Assembly: GCA_964234715.1 (NCBI GenBank)
Contig: OZ174276.1
DNA from: Podarcis melisellensis
Taxonomy: Eukaryota
Length of the DNA: 64,000 nucleotides
Reading direction: 5' to 3' (one strand)
Of this stretch, positions 1-10,910 are shown in pieces. A model generated the notes under the pieces. That model worked only from the letters and a program-made list of their open reading frames with translations. It was not told the DNA's origin and made no database searches. The translations under genes were made by a program, and so were the position numbers. Within the stretch, counting starts at the first letter, position 1. Every line of letters begins with the position of its first letter.

Positions 1-400
1 CATGAGGAAGGAAGACAGTTACATGTTAAGCATCTGTCAATGTAAGTTGGAAGTGCTATGTACCAATAATATTTTTTTGAGCTGATGTTTCAAGACCTTT
101 CCCCAGCAAGATATGCACAAGGGATTTGAGTGCAAGGCAGTAGTTTGTAGCTCTGTGATTGCGATAGATCACTCTGGGTGCAGAGTGAAGCTGGAGGTAT
201 CGATGCCGATGTTCTATCTAGCAACAGACGCACGGTCAGGTCTGCATAATGGCAGCATGTTTTTTTGTAGTAGGAAGAGGAATAGTCCTTTACATTCGTG
301 CTACTTCATGGCTTGGTTGATTGGACTAGTCTCTTCTTTAGGATGCTTACTTTTCATAAGCTGCTGTATGTGCCACTGCAGCTGCATGCATATCGATTTA

Positions 401-2173
401 CAGTGGTACCCCGCAAGACGAACGCCTCGCGAGACGAAAAACTCGCAAAACGAAAGGTTTTTTCGTTTTCGAGTTGCCTCGCAAGACGAATTTCCCTATG
501 GGCTTGCATCGCAAAACGAAGCTTGCCCAGGGGACAGCGGGTCTTCTCTTTTGAAGCAAGGGGCAGCGGGGAGAAGCGATCTTCTCCCCGCAGCCCCAGG
601 TCCGGGGACAGCGGGAAGCGCTTCCCGCTGCCCCCGGACCTCTTTTGAAGCAAGGGGCTGTGGGGAGATCGCTTCTCCCCACCGCCCCTTGCTTCAAAAG
701 AGGTCCGGGGACAGCGGGAAGCGCTTCGCGCTGCCCCCGGACCTCTTTTGAAGCAAGGGTTTGCGGGGAAAAGCGATCTCCCCGCAGCCCCTTGCTTCAA
801 AAGAGGTCCGGGGGCAGCGGGAAGCGCAGCGCTTCTTCCCCGCTGCCCCCGGACCTCTTTTGAAGCAAGGGGCTGCGGGGAGATCGCTTCTCCCGGTGCT
901 CCGAAGCCGGGCGGGGGGGAGGGAACACCTGCCCCCACCGCCCGGCTTCGGAACGCTGCTCCGAAGCGGGGCGGGGGGGCGGGAACACCTGCCCCAGCCG
1001 CCCCGCTTCGGAACGCTGCTCCGAAGCGGGGCGGGGGGGCGGGAACACCTGCCCCAGCCGCCCCGCTTCGGAACGCTGCTCCGAAGCGGGGCGGGGGGGC
1101 GGGAACACCTGCCCCAGCCGCCCCGCTTCGGAACGCTGCTCCGAAGCGGGGCGGGGGGGCGGGAACACCTGCCCCAGCCGCCCCGCTTCGGAACGCTGCT
1201 CCGAAGCGGGACGGGGGGGGCGGGAACACCTGCCCCAGCCGCCCCGCTTCGGAACGCTGCTCCGAAGCGGGGGGGCGGGAACACCTGCCCCAGCCGCCCC
1301 GCTTCGGAACGCTGCTCCGAAGCGGGGCGGGGGGGCGGGAACACCTGCCCCCGCCGCCCGGCTTCGGAACGCTGCTCCGAAGCGGGGCGGGGGGGCGGGA
1401 ACACCTGCCCCAGCCGCCCCGCTTCGGAACGCTGCTCCGAAGCGGGGCGGGGGGGCGGGAACACCTGCCCCAGCCGCCCGGCTTCGGAACGCTGCTCCGA
1501 AGTGGGGCGGGGGGGCGGGAACCTCGCACCCCGCCGCCGGGCATCGGAACGATGCCCCGATGCCGGGCGGTGGGGCGGGAACCTCTCCCCTCGCCGCCAG
1601 GCATCGGAACGAGGTCCTGGACCTCTTCTGAAGGCAGGCGGGGGCAAAAGTCTTTGCTCCCCCCGCCTGCCTTCCCGGGACAGCGGAGACTTCTCCGCTG
1701 CCCCGGGCGATCTTAAAATGCTGGCGGGCGGGAGCGAAGCGTTCGCTGCCGACCCCCAGCATTTTAAAATCTCCTCGGGGCAGCGGAGACTTCGCTCCCG
1801 CCCGCCAGCATTTTAAAATCGCCCCGGGACAGCAGGGGCTTTTAAAATGCTGGCGGTTGGCAGCAAAGCCCTCCTGTCCCCGGAGCTTGCGGGGCGGGAG
1901 GTGGGAAGAAGGGCTTTTCTTCCCACCGCCAGCCTTCAGAACAGCCTTCTGAAGGCTGGCAGTGGGAAGAAAAGCCCTTGTCCCCCCCCCCCAGCCTTCA
2001 GAAGAGGTCGGGGGACAGACTGTCCCCGGACCTGGTCTGAAGGCGGTTTCCCTAGGAACGCATTAATTGATTTTCAATGCATTCCTATGGGAAACCGTGC
2101 ATCGCAAGACGAAAAAACCGCAAGACGAAGAGACTTGCGGAACGAATTAATTTCGTCTTGCGAGGCACCACTG
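401..2173. mobile_element. Non-autonomous Tc1/mariner-type (Tigger/pogo-like) element with an expanded GC-rich interior
   Basis: TA|CAGTGGTACCCCGCAAGACGAA ... TTCGTCTTGCGAGGCACCACTG|TA: 22-bp TIR with 2 mismatches, TA TSD; repeated subterminal CGCAAGACGAA motifs. Confidence 0.85.
901..1612. repeat. 60-bp GC-rich minisatellite, ~12 units, each a hairpin
   Basis: Unit CCGAAGCGGGGCGGGGGGGCGGGAACACCTGCCCCAGCCGCCCCGCTTCGGAACGCTGCT; identical copies at 961, 1021, 1081 and 1141. Confidence 0.95.
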
Positions 2174-2250
2174 TAGTATGTTAGTATTAACATGCTGGTG
2201 CTTTCTTGGGTTCAACTCAGTTGCGGAAACCTTCCTTTTTGCTTTTGCAG

Positions 2251-2385
2251 TTAACTATCTTGGTGCTGCAAGGTCGGATGGACGAAGCTCGGCAACTGCT
2301 CTCTAAGGAAGCAAACGCCAATCCCACTTCAGTGAGCATGTGCAAAATTTTGGACGAGTTGATGAAGAAGATGCCTGTTCTCTGT
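2251..2385 (+). CDS. NUP85: Nucleoporin Nup85, coding exon (approx. exon 8)
   Basis: ttttgcag|[45 protein letters not shown]|gtatgt; 135 nt, phase 0-0. Confidence 0.93.
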
Positions 2386-2801
2386 GTATGTAAGATGTTC
2401 TTCTCATGCGCAGTGTGGTTTGGTGAATTGTCCGAAACCAGTTTGGCATTCAGATTGCGATACCGGTTTCAGATTTTGCGTTGGGAATACATTGCAGTGG
2501 TCAGGGAGCCACAATGTCTTCCCAGCTCAAATTGCGTGCAGATGGCAAAGGCGCAGGCAGGCAGAAGGAGCCTGAGAAGGTTCTTGGGCTCCATCTTCTG
2601 GTGCCTTTGAGGAAGCCAACCCTCCAAGGTGGGGAGGAAGAAGCAGCCGAGATAAATTCCAGACATCGTAGTATATCAGCATATTGCTCTATTTAGCTGC
2701 TGATATATCACAACATTGAAAACCAGATATTGCCTAGCCCTACCTGCCACTCTTCCTCAGAAGAGTCCGGGGTGACGTGTGCAAAACATGCAAACAAAAT
2801 G

Positions 2802-3035
2802 CAGTGGTACCTCTGGATATGAATGGGATCCGCTCCAGAGCCCCGTTCACATCCTGCAGAAAACACAACCTGCGCGTGCCACAATTTGCCGCTTCTGCGC
2901 ATGCGCGTGACGTCATTTGGAGCGTCTGCGCAGGCGACGAAACCCGGAAGTAATGCGTTCTGTTACTTCCGAGTCACAGTGGAGCACAACCCGAAAAGAC
3001 TCAACCTGAAGCAACTTTAACCTGAGGTATGACTC
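2802..3035. mobile_element. Tc1/mariner-type MITE (CAGTGGTACC...GGTATGACT family)
   Basis: Ends and interior homologous to copies at 3938 and 11663. Confidence 0.8.
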
Positions 3036-3039
3036 TACA

Positions 3040-3386
3040 GGGACGCGGGTGGCGCTGTGGGTTAAACCACAGAGCCTAGGGCTTGCTGATCAGAAGATCG
3101 GTGGTTCAAATCCCCGCGATGGGGTGAGCTCCTGTTGCTCAGTCCCTTCTGCCAACCTAACAGTTCGAAAGCACGTCTAAGTGCGAGTAGATAAATAGGT
3201 ACCGCTCCGGCAGGAAGGTAAACGGCATTTCCGTGCGCTGTTCTGGTTTGCCAGAAGTGGCTTAGTCATGCTGGCTACATGACCCGGAAGCTGTATGCCG
3301 GCTCCCTCGGCCAATAAAGCAAGATGAGCGCCGCAACCCCAGGGTCGGCCACGACTGGACCGAATAGTCAGGGGTCCCTTTACCTT
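3040..3386 (+). mobile_element. Sauria SINE, full length
   Basis: GGGACGCGGGTGGCGCTGTGG tRNA-derived head, CCCTTTACCTT tail; 12-bp TSD TATGACTCTACA. Confidence 0.92.
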
Positions 3387-3559
3387 TATGACTCTACAAC
3401 GCAACAGCTGCATGCTGAAAAAATAATTGTAACAGATTAATTAAAACAAAAACGTGCACTGCTTATTAGGAGCACACTTCTTGCTTATGGAATTGAGAAG
3501 GCCTGGCAACGTTCTGCTTGGCCAGTGTTACCAGTTCATGCATGTGCCTATTTTTTGAT

Positions 3560-3745
3560 TATATGAAGCTGCTTTCTTTTGAGTCAGACCATTGGTTCAT
3601 ACAGCTCAGCACTGTGAGGGAGCTCTGGCAGGAAATCTCCAAGGTCTCTGAATGGGTTTTTTTCAGCCACGTTACCTGAGATCCTTGGCAATGCTCAAGG
3701 CTGAAATGGGGACTTTTTGCAGCATGTTCTTTCTGCCACTGACAA
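3560..3745 (-). mobile_element. Degenerate Squam2-like tRNA-derived SINE
   Basis: Reverse-complement similarity to the copy at 28678 (GAAGCTGC..GAGTCAGACCATTGGT end). Confidence 0.55.
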
Positions 3746-3937
3746 GAATTAGGTCATTCTTTTTCATACTGCTTTTCATTGTTGTAGGAAATAGGTTTAT
3801 TTTGTCTCTGTGAAATAGTTGTGTAATCTTTGGTGCACCTTCAAGAAGAGAGTTGCTTCTGGGTTTCTGATATGGGCTTACGTATTTCCAGACATTGGAT
3901 GCAGAAGTGGGGAGGGGAGGGGGGAGAGCAGTACATA

Positions 3938-4189
3938 CAGTGGTACCTCGGGATGTGAATGGGATCCGTTCTGGAACCCTGTTCGCATCCTGAAGTGAAT
4001 TTAATAAGCGACTGCGCGTGCGCGGCTCGTGTTTTGATGCTTTCACGCATGCGCGTGATGTCATTTTGAGCGTCTGCGCATGCGCAAGCGGCAAAACCCG
4101 GAAGTAACACGCTCCGTTACTTCCGGGTTGCCGCGGAGCGCAACTCGAACTCGCTCAACCCAAATCACATTCAACCCAAGGTATGACTG
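3938..4189. mobile_element. Tc1/mariner-type MITE
   Basis: TA|CAGTGGTACCTCGGG...CCCAAGGTATGACTG|TA. Confidence 0.85.
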
Positions 4190-4489
4190 TATTTGAAAGG
4201 AAGTTCTATTAACATGAATGAAATTGATTACTGTATGTGTAAATGTTGACAGAGGTGCTTGTCAGCGGACCGTTATCCTGTTGTTGTTCTCCATCCCAAG
4301 AAAGGTTAATGATACAGTGCTTGTTTTGGCGTTCCAAAATTTGTGCCCCTTTTCATTGGAAAGAACAAAATTTCAAAAAGCTTTCTGTTCATGCAGAGTT
4401 GTTTGAAAGCACTGTAAATTATAGTGTAAGATAGATCTAAAACTAGGAAAAGAGGAAACCAAATTGCATGTTTGTGTCTTCCTTACCAG

Positions 4490-4612
4490 CCTAGCAACAC
4501 CCAGACTTTGACGGAGATGGAGCTGAAATGGCAGCATTGGCATGAGGCATGCGAACGGTTCCTAAAGGATGGGACATTTGCTTCTAATCCGCACATGGAA
4601 ACCCTCTGCAAG
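4490..4612 (+). CDS. NUP85: Nup85 coding exon
   Basis: ccttaccag|[41 protein letters not shown]|gtgggt; 123 nt. Confidence 0.94.
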
Positions 4613-5633
4613 GTGGGTAAGATTGAAGAATGAAATATTATGGTTGACCCCATTACTGAGTTTAAAGCAGGTTGGGGTATAGGTTCTGCAATTGCATTGA
4701 AGACATTTGGAGCTTGAATTGTTTGGCTGTATTCTTTTCTGTCATACGGTGATCTTGGGTGAGTCACCAATATGTCAATATCTAGATTTCACTCGTTCAC
4801 CCAACAAATGGGCTAGGACAAAGTGTTTGTGTGTGGAAGGTATATTTCATTGATTGGGTTCCTGTTCTGGAGCTAGGAGGAATGACAGACTCTCAGAAGT
4901 GGTCTATAAAACCATAACAGTTCTTACTAAGGCTGAACATCCTTACTGAGGATGATTCAACATCATGTATGTTCTCGGGTGTAACAATTTGGGGCTGCTT
5001 ATTAAGCAGCGCTTTCTGCTGAAAGGTTGCATTGCTAGGACAGCTAACACTCTGCTGCTACACCCAGAGCAGGCTACCTACCTAATTTTGGAACATCAGA
5101 AACACCTGTGACTGAAGGGGGAAAAGCTAGGAGAGCTTGCTCATGCCCTTTCTGGCACAACTGCTTTATAGAGTTAGCTCAGTTGGATCTGTTAACAATC
5201 CCCCAGACTGGAAGGAATACTGGGGTACCCAAGGAAATACTAGATCCCAGGTTCTTGAGACAAGATGACCTGTGTTTTCCAACCAGATACATCACTTGCT
5301 CTTCCTCAACACACCCAATCTTATACTTCTGTAGCATGAGCCCTAGCAGCCTAGGCTTTGTGGGCTATTACCAGAATCCCTAAGCTTGACAAATACTTAT
5401 TCCAGACCCCAATGGCCCAATTGTATGAAGCTTTATTCAGAAGAGGAGGAGGCAAATGGACAAAGCAGGTTAAAAATAAACAGGAGCTCTGTGGTTCAGA
5501 TCTAACTGTGCTGCGTGAAGAACTTAAAAACGGGTTTCTCAGTCTACTCACCTGTAACAGAACATAGTTGATCAAATGCAGATGGTGGATGATGGGAGGG
5601 AGCACTGAAGTGGTTTGTTTTTTCTTCGTCAAG

Positions 5634-5765
5634 ATCATGGTGGGAGATGAGAGCGCAATTTTAGAGAAGAAAGACCTCATGACTAATTGGTACCATTTTC
5701 TGGTAACCCGGCTGCTGTACTGCCACCCTACCGTGAAGCATGTGGAACTCCATCTCTACGCACAG
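5634..5765 (+). CDS. NUP85: Nup85 coding exon
   Basis: tcgtcaag|[44 protein letters not shown]|gtaact; 132 nt. Confidence 0.94.
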
Positions 5766-6154
5766 GTAACTCGGGGGGGGGGGGGAATCACTTTTAGAGT
5801 AGAGCCGGCCACAACCTTTGGGCCACCCAAGTGGGAAAATGGCTGGCAGTCCTGTCCTTTTGCTCCACCCACGGTTTGCCATGCCTTCTAGCTCATGACA
5901 GTGGGAGGAGGAAGTGTTGGGACTGTAGGTGAGCGATGCTCAAGTACACTGGGTATATCCCAGGCAGAGCCATCTGCCCTTCCTGCCACCGACGCTCATG
6001 AGAAGCTTAAGTAGCAAATTTTTGAAATCCACCACACTTTGTACCAAATCCTACCTGATCAAAAGAGGGCCTTCATTTCATAATTGTCTTGCCTTGACCT
6101 GGGAAAGAGCACCCTCGGTGTTGAGTAAACCCTACCCCTTTCTGTATTCTGCAG

Positions 6155-6261
6155 TCGAGCATGGACCTGTTCCTGGGAGCAGAAAGCAGCCCTGAGCCTT
6201 TAGACATCATCTTGCTGGCAGCCTTTGAATTAGATATCCACCAAGTGATTAAAGAATGCAG
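6155..6261 (+). CDS. NUP85: Nup85 coding exon
   Basis: ttctgcag|[35 protein letters not shown]+AG|gtgagt; 107 nt. Confidence 0.94.
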
Positions 6262-6870
6262 GTGAGTATTGCCATTCTTGTCTGAGAGCCTTTGGCCAGA
6301 ATTCCATCAGCTTCACAGTCTGGTATCCCAAGTATTGTAGGGCCCAAATGAATTCTTGCAAAGTAGGTTACTGCATCCAGGCCGGAGCTTGAGGCTTCTC
6401 GTTGGGGGTTCAAAATCTGCTTCTTGCGCTGCTACTCAATCCTGTCCTTCCTGCCCCTTGCCTTTCGCTGAGGCGGGGAGGACAGGGGAGCCTGCAAATC
6501 TGCCTGCCGAAGCTCTGCGTCCAAAATTCCCTTTGGGGCTTCTTTTGGGGTGCACAGCGCCCTTGTGCTCTCCCCAGGACTCTATCGACTATTGAGCCTT
6601 TCCCGGAGCTTAAGGCTCTTGCTCCGTTGCCATTAGCGGCCTCCCTAGAAGTCCATATCCTAAGTATTCTAAGGCCCAAATGGATTCTTGCAAACATCGT
6701 GGTGGGTGCATAAATGGGAATGAAAATGAAGAGCTGGTGGAGTAAAGAGCTTCGTGGTGAAAGCATGAACAGAGAAAATGAGATTCTCTTAGGTGCAATA
6801 ACACTTGCTAAATTGGGCTGGGGAAAACTTGTCAATTTTCAGAACACAAAGAAATAGTTTTGTGTGTTAA

Positions 6871-6998
<128 letters not shown>

Positions 6999-7687
6999 GT
7001 GAGTTACCCTTCCTTAGTGTTTTTGCGTTTTATCTGTCAGTGGTCAGACCATCCCTGTCAGTGTGGTGTTTGAGAGGTCCCTTGGCAATCTTGTGGCAAC
7101 TGGCAGTTCAAAGGCAAACATGTTTATTATCTGTCAGATAATAACTAAGATGATTCTTAAATGTCTTTGCTTTACTTTTAAAAACTGCTTAGTTTTAAGT
7201 TTCCTTTTTATGGTAATGCTTGGCATTTATTTAACATTTTAAAAGTGCTTCATCTAAATTACAATTTTATTAATCGTTTTACATATCTGGGACTGAGACT
7301 GTGACATAATATGACAGAATATCGCAGGGCAAATCCATCTGCTTTTGTTATACTCCCTAAGGGATGGTTAAGCTCTTAAACTCCCACTAGAATCTTGTTC
7401 GAATAAAAATATTTTTTTTTTGTGGGATGGAGGTTGTTGTTACATCCTGTCCAACAACTGCTGTGGTCTTTTCACAACCAATTGCTTTGATCATAGTGCC
7501 TAGCAGTTCATGTCATATTAGTCAAGAGCGAAGGATTTTGAATGTGGACTATACTTCTACATACACACTCATCTTGGAAGGTTACAAAAGTCACAGATGC
7601 AGACTTTTAATTAGTTCGTTTTCCCTTCCTGAAAGCAGTGATGGAGAGAAGTGTAACTTGGTGTTTAGACTGAAATGTAGTCAACCT

Positions 7688-7893
7688 TCTGTTGCTCCCC
7701 TTCCCAATGATGGCAGAAAGCTTTATGATGAACCCTTTGTCACTTTAATTCTGAGTGATTTTGGTGTTCTCTAGGAGGGAGAAAATCACTCAGAATTAAA
7801 GTGACAAAGGGTCCATCATAAAGGTTTCTGCCATTTTCTATTTTCTCAGCTAAGTGATGTAAGTCAGTCATCATTGGGAAGGGGAGCAACAGA
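7688..7893. repeat. Long inverted repeat (hairpin)
   Basis: Inner arms 7710-7762 / 7782-7834 match at 51 of 53; outer arms 7688-7712 / 7869-7893 match at 25 of 25. Confidence 0.9.
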
Positions 7894-7904
7894 GGAGGGA
7901 GAAG

Positions 7905-8261
7905 GGGATGCGGGTGGCGCTGTGGGTTAAACCACAGAGCCTAGGGCTTGCCGATCAGAAGGTCAGCGGTTCGATTCCCCACAACGGGGTGAGCTCCCGT
8001 TGCTCGGTCCCTGCTCCTGCCAACCTAGCAGTTCGAAAGCACATCAAAGTGCAAGTAGATAAATAGGTACTGCTCCGACGGGAAGGTAAATGGCGTTTCC
8101 GTGCGCTGCTCTGGTTCGCCAGAAGTGGCTTAGTTATGCTGGCCACATGACCTGGAAGCTGTATGCCGGCTCCCTCGGCCAATAAAGCAAGATGAGCACC
8201 GCAACCCCAGAGTTGACCACGACTGGACCTAATGGTCAGGGGTCCCTTTACCTTTTACCTT
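7905..8261 (+). mobile_element. Sauria SINE, full length
   Basis: Same head, body and ACCTTT-type tail as the 3040 copy; imperfect TSD AGGAGGGAGAA / AGGAAGGAGAA. Confidence 0.92.
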
Positions 8262-8550
8262 AGGAAGGAGAAAGTCACAACAGAAGCTGTTTCTTGACAA
8301 TGGTTAGGGTTAGCTCAGTGCTTGCCACTAATTAGTGATTATGCTGTCCGCCGTTTCATTCTTGTTTCACTATTTGTAGAATATGAAACGTATGTGAACT
8401 ACTCTTAACGGTGCAGAAGTGATGTTAACACAGAAGGAGACTGGGATTTTAATAACTTTGACAACAAAAGGACTAGCCAGAGCAGCCCTAAATTCAGTGG
8501 AAGTGATTACATGGAAATGGGAATTTTAAAATAATGTGTTCTTCTTTTAG

Positions 8551-8616
8551 TTTTGGTTCCAATATGCGTGAATACCTCCTGCTGGAATATGCTTCTGGAC
8601 TCTTCTCTCATCATAG
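8551..8616 (+). CDS. NUP85: Nup85 coding exon
   Basis: cttttag|T FGSNMREYLLLEYASGLFSHH AG|gtagca; 66 nt. Confidence 0.93.
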
Positions 8617-10206
8617 GTAGCAATCTTGTTTATTTATTTTTTAAAAAATATGTTATAGTATTGTGAAGCAGGAGGAGAGATTCTGTTCTGAAGAAAGAGA
8701 ATAGTAAGACTCTGAAACATGAGGAAGGTTTGGTTATGCTGTATTAAACTCATGACAGTCGTTTAAGCCATTTGATAAGTGCTACTCTAAACACTACCTC
8801 TCTTCCTACAAATTTAAAATACAGTACTGTATGTTGTTACCAATATATTATTTTACAGAGACAGAAAACGGCCCATTAGCTCATCACTCTCTTAAAGAAC
8901 AGAGGCCAGGGTAGTATTTAGAATAGCAGTTACCATCAAATGGCTTCTAGAGAAGAGTAAAAGCCGATTTAAACCCAAAGCTAACTTAACATAAGGTTCC
9001 CCTGCTGCATTATCACCAAGTGCCCTGTAATTTTTAATATACATGCATTCATGTTAGCTTGAGCACCAAAATGTTTCACTTGCAAATTTTTACTTTCCAG
9101 AAGCTTGCAGGGCATGTGGCATTTCAGACTGGTGAGAACTCTAGATGTTCCTCGCATAAGGGATTCCAGTGTAGAGTAGAGGAGCAATCCAGACAAAAAT
9201 CCGAATTTTTGTGTGTGTGCTCAAGGCATTTCTTAATGTGCATCTGTTGAAGCTGAGCATATGGGAGCCTGACTGCAGTTGCTCTTCAGCTTGAGTGATT
9301 GATTGATAAGCCTAATTGGTCAAAGACTTGGGAGTCAGGCTTCTAAACATAATATATCTGCTTCAGTTAAAGTTAATTGTGGCTAACAGTGCAATCCGAA
9401 CCATGTCTGTTCAGAAGTGTCCTTATCAAATTCAGTGGTGCTTGGTTAGCTTGGCTAGCTAGGTAAATAAGGTTAGGATTGCAGCCTTAAGTCCCTCTGA
9501 AATAAACACTGCAAAGTAATCTTGGCTAATTTAAGTTCCATACATCAACTGAAATTTGTTTTAACTGATATTAAATGGTTACAAATATTTTTTAAATTTT
9601 TTGGGGGAAATGGTTGTAACCGGTCCTTGCTCTTTGTGGTAAAGCCCGGGCAAGATTTCTAATACATAATAAAATAGTAATTTCTTTAGTGGGACATGGT
9701 ACAAGTAACTATATCTGGATATTAACTTTATATTTCAAGATTTAAACAGTTTGCATTGACTTCAGATTTCAATGAGTATTTTAAGGAATGTGAGGCTTTC
9801 ATGTTCACAACTTGCGTAACCCACAAAGGCCAGAATTTTAAAAGTTCAAATTCTCATTCTTTTTATCAGAAGTATCACTGCATGGACTAAGGACGATGAT
9901 CTAGGGGAGGAAGTGCACATGAAAAATGTTGAGCGTACTTTTTTCTTTTCAGAGGCTGCTCCCACAGAATTCCATGCTGCCATTTTAGCTTTTCGTTTTG
10001 AAAAGCTCCCACTTCAGCTTGCCCTGTGAGCTTGGTAGGGTCTATGAGGGCAGCTTCTGGAAAAGGAAAAGCAGGAAAGAGTTTGTGCACAGAATGTGTG
10101 AAGACAAGCCTTTGGCTCGTGGTCTGTGTGTCGTGAAATGGCTTCTATTTTCTGAGAACTGCCTTCTGAAAAGAACTGTTCAGTCACTCACATTTCTCCT
10201 TTGTAG

Positions 10207-10358
10207 CTTGTGGCAGCTTGCAGTAGACTATTTTGACCATTGTCCAGAATTTGGCAGAGCGTACTTGGAGCATCATATTGAACGGATTCCTCTGGACACA
10301 GAGCATAAGGCCCTCAAAATACTGAGGATCTGTGAGCAGAGAATGATGACCGAGCAAG
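10207..10358 (+). CDS. NUP85: Nup85 coding exon
   Basis: ttgtag|[52 protein letters not shown]|gtacct; 152 nt. Confidence 0.94.
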
Positions 10359-10409
10359 GTACCTTTCTTCATATATGAATGCATGTATATTTTTAATCTG
10401 TTCATATAA

Positions 10410-10565
<156 letters not shown>

Positions 10566-10735
10566 TAAGTCTTGCTTAAGGGGAGAGCCATTTTGTCCAG
10601 CAGCAGTAACAGCAGACTATTGGAAGACCAACGCTTTCGTTCAGAATTGGCTTTTGCACCTGCATGTTAGAGGTGGGTTGGGCAGGGTCCCTTACACAAA
10701 AGAGGGGCAAGCTGCAGAGCACATAACAAAAGGTA

Positions 10736-10840
10736 AAAGGTAAAATGGGAGCTCACCCTGTCACGGGGATTCAAACCACCGACCTTCTGATCGGCAAGTC
10801 CTAGGCTCTGTGGTTTAACCCACAGCGCCACCCGCGTCCC
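10736..10840 (-). mobile_element. Internally deleted Sauria SINE (head plus tail only)
   Basis: Reverse-complement of the SINE head joined to TTTTACCTTTT; TSD TAACAAAAGGTA at 10724-10735 and 10843-10854. Confidence 0.85.
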
Positions 10841-10910
10841 ATTAACAAAAGGTATTGCAGCATTAATGTGCACATAGCCCTTCAGCAGCCATTGCACACA
10901 AGAGCAGAGT

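Noticed and set aside
298-345. Peptide LLHGLVDW resembling the upstream NUP85 exon (LLHLLDW)
   Set aside because: Similarity does not extend and there are no suitable splice sites; the real exon should lie upstream of the window.
901-1612. CRISPR-like array of palindromic repeats
   Set aside because: The would-be spacers are identical, there are no cas genes and the context is a vertebrate intron; it is a minisatellite.
113-2176. Several overlapping 200-416 aa ORFs on both strands
   Set aside because: They arise from a GC-rich 60-bp (multiple of 3) stop-free repeat inside a transposon; peptides are periodic, with no transposase motifs.
3040-3130. tRNA-like A/B boxes (also at 7905, 10911 and 28678)
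   Set aside because: These are SINE heads followed by SINE bodies, tails and TSDs, not tRNA genes.
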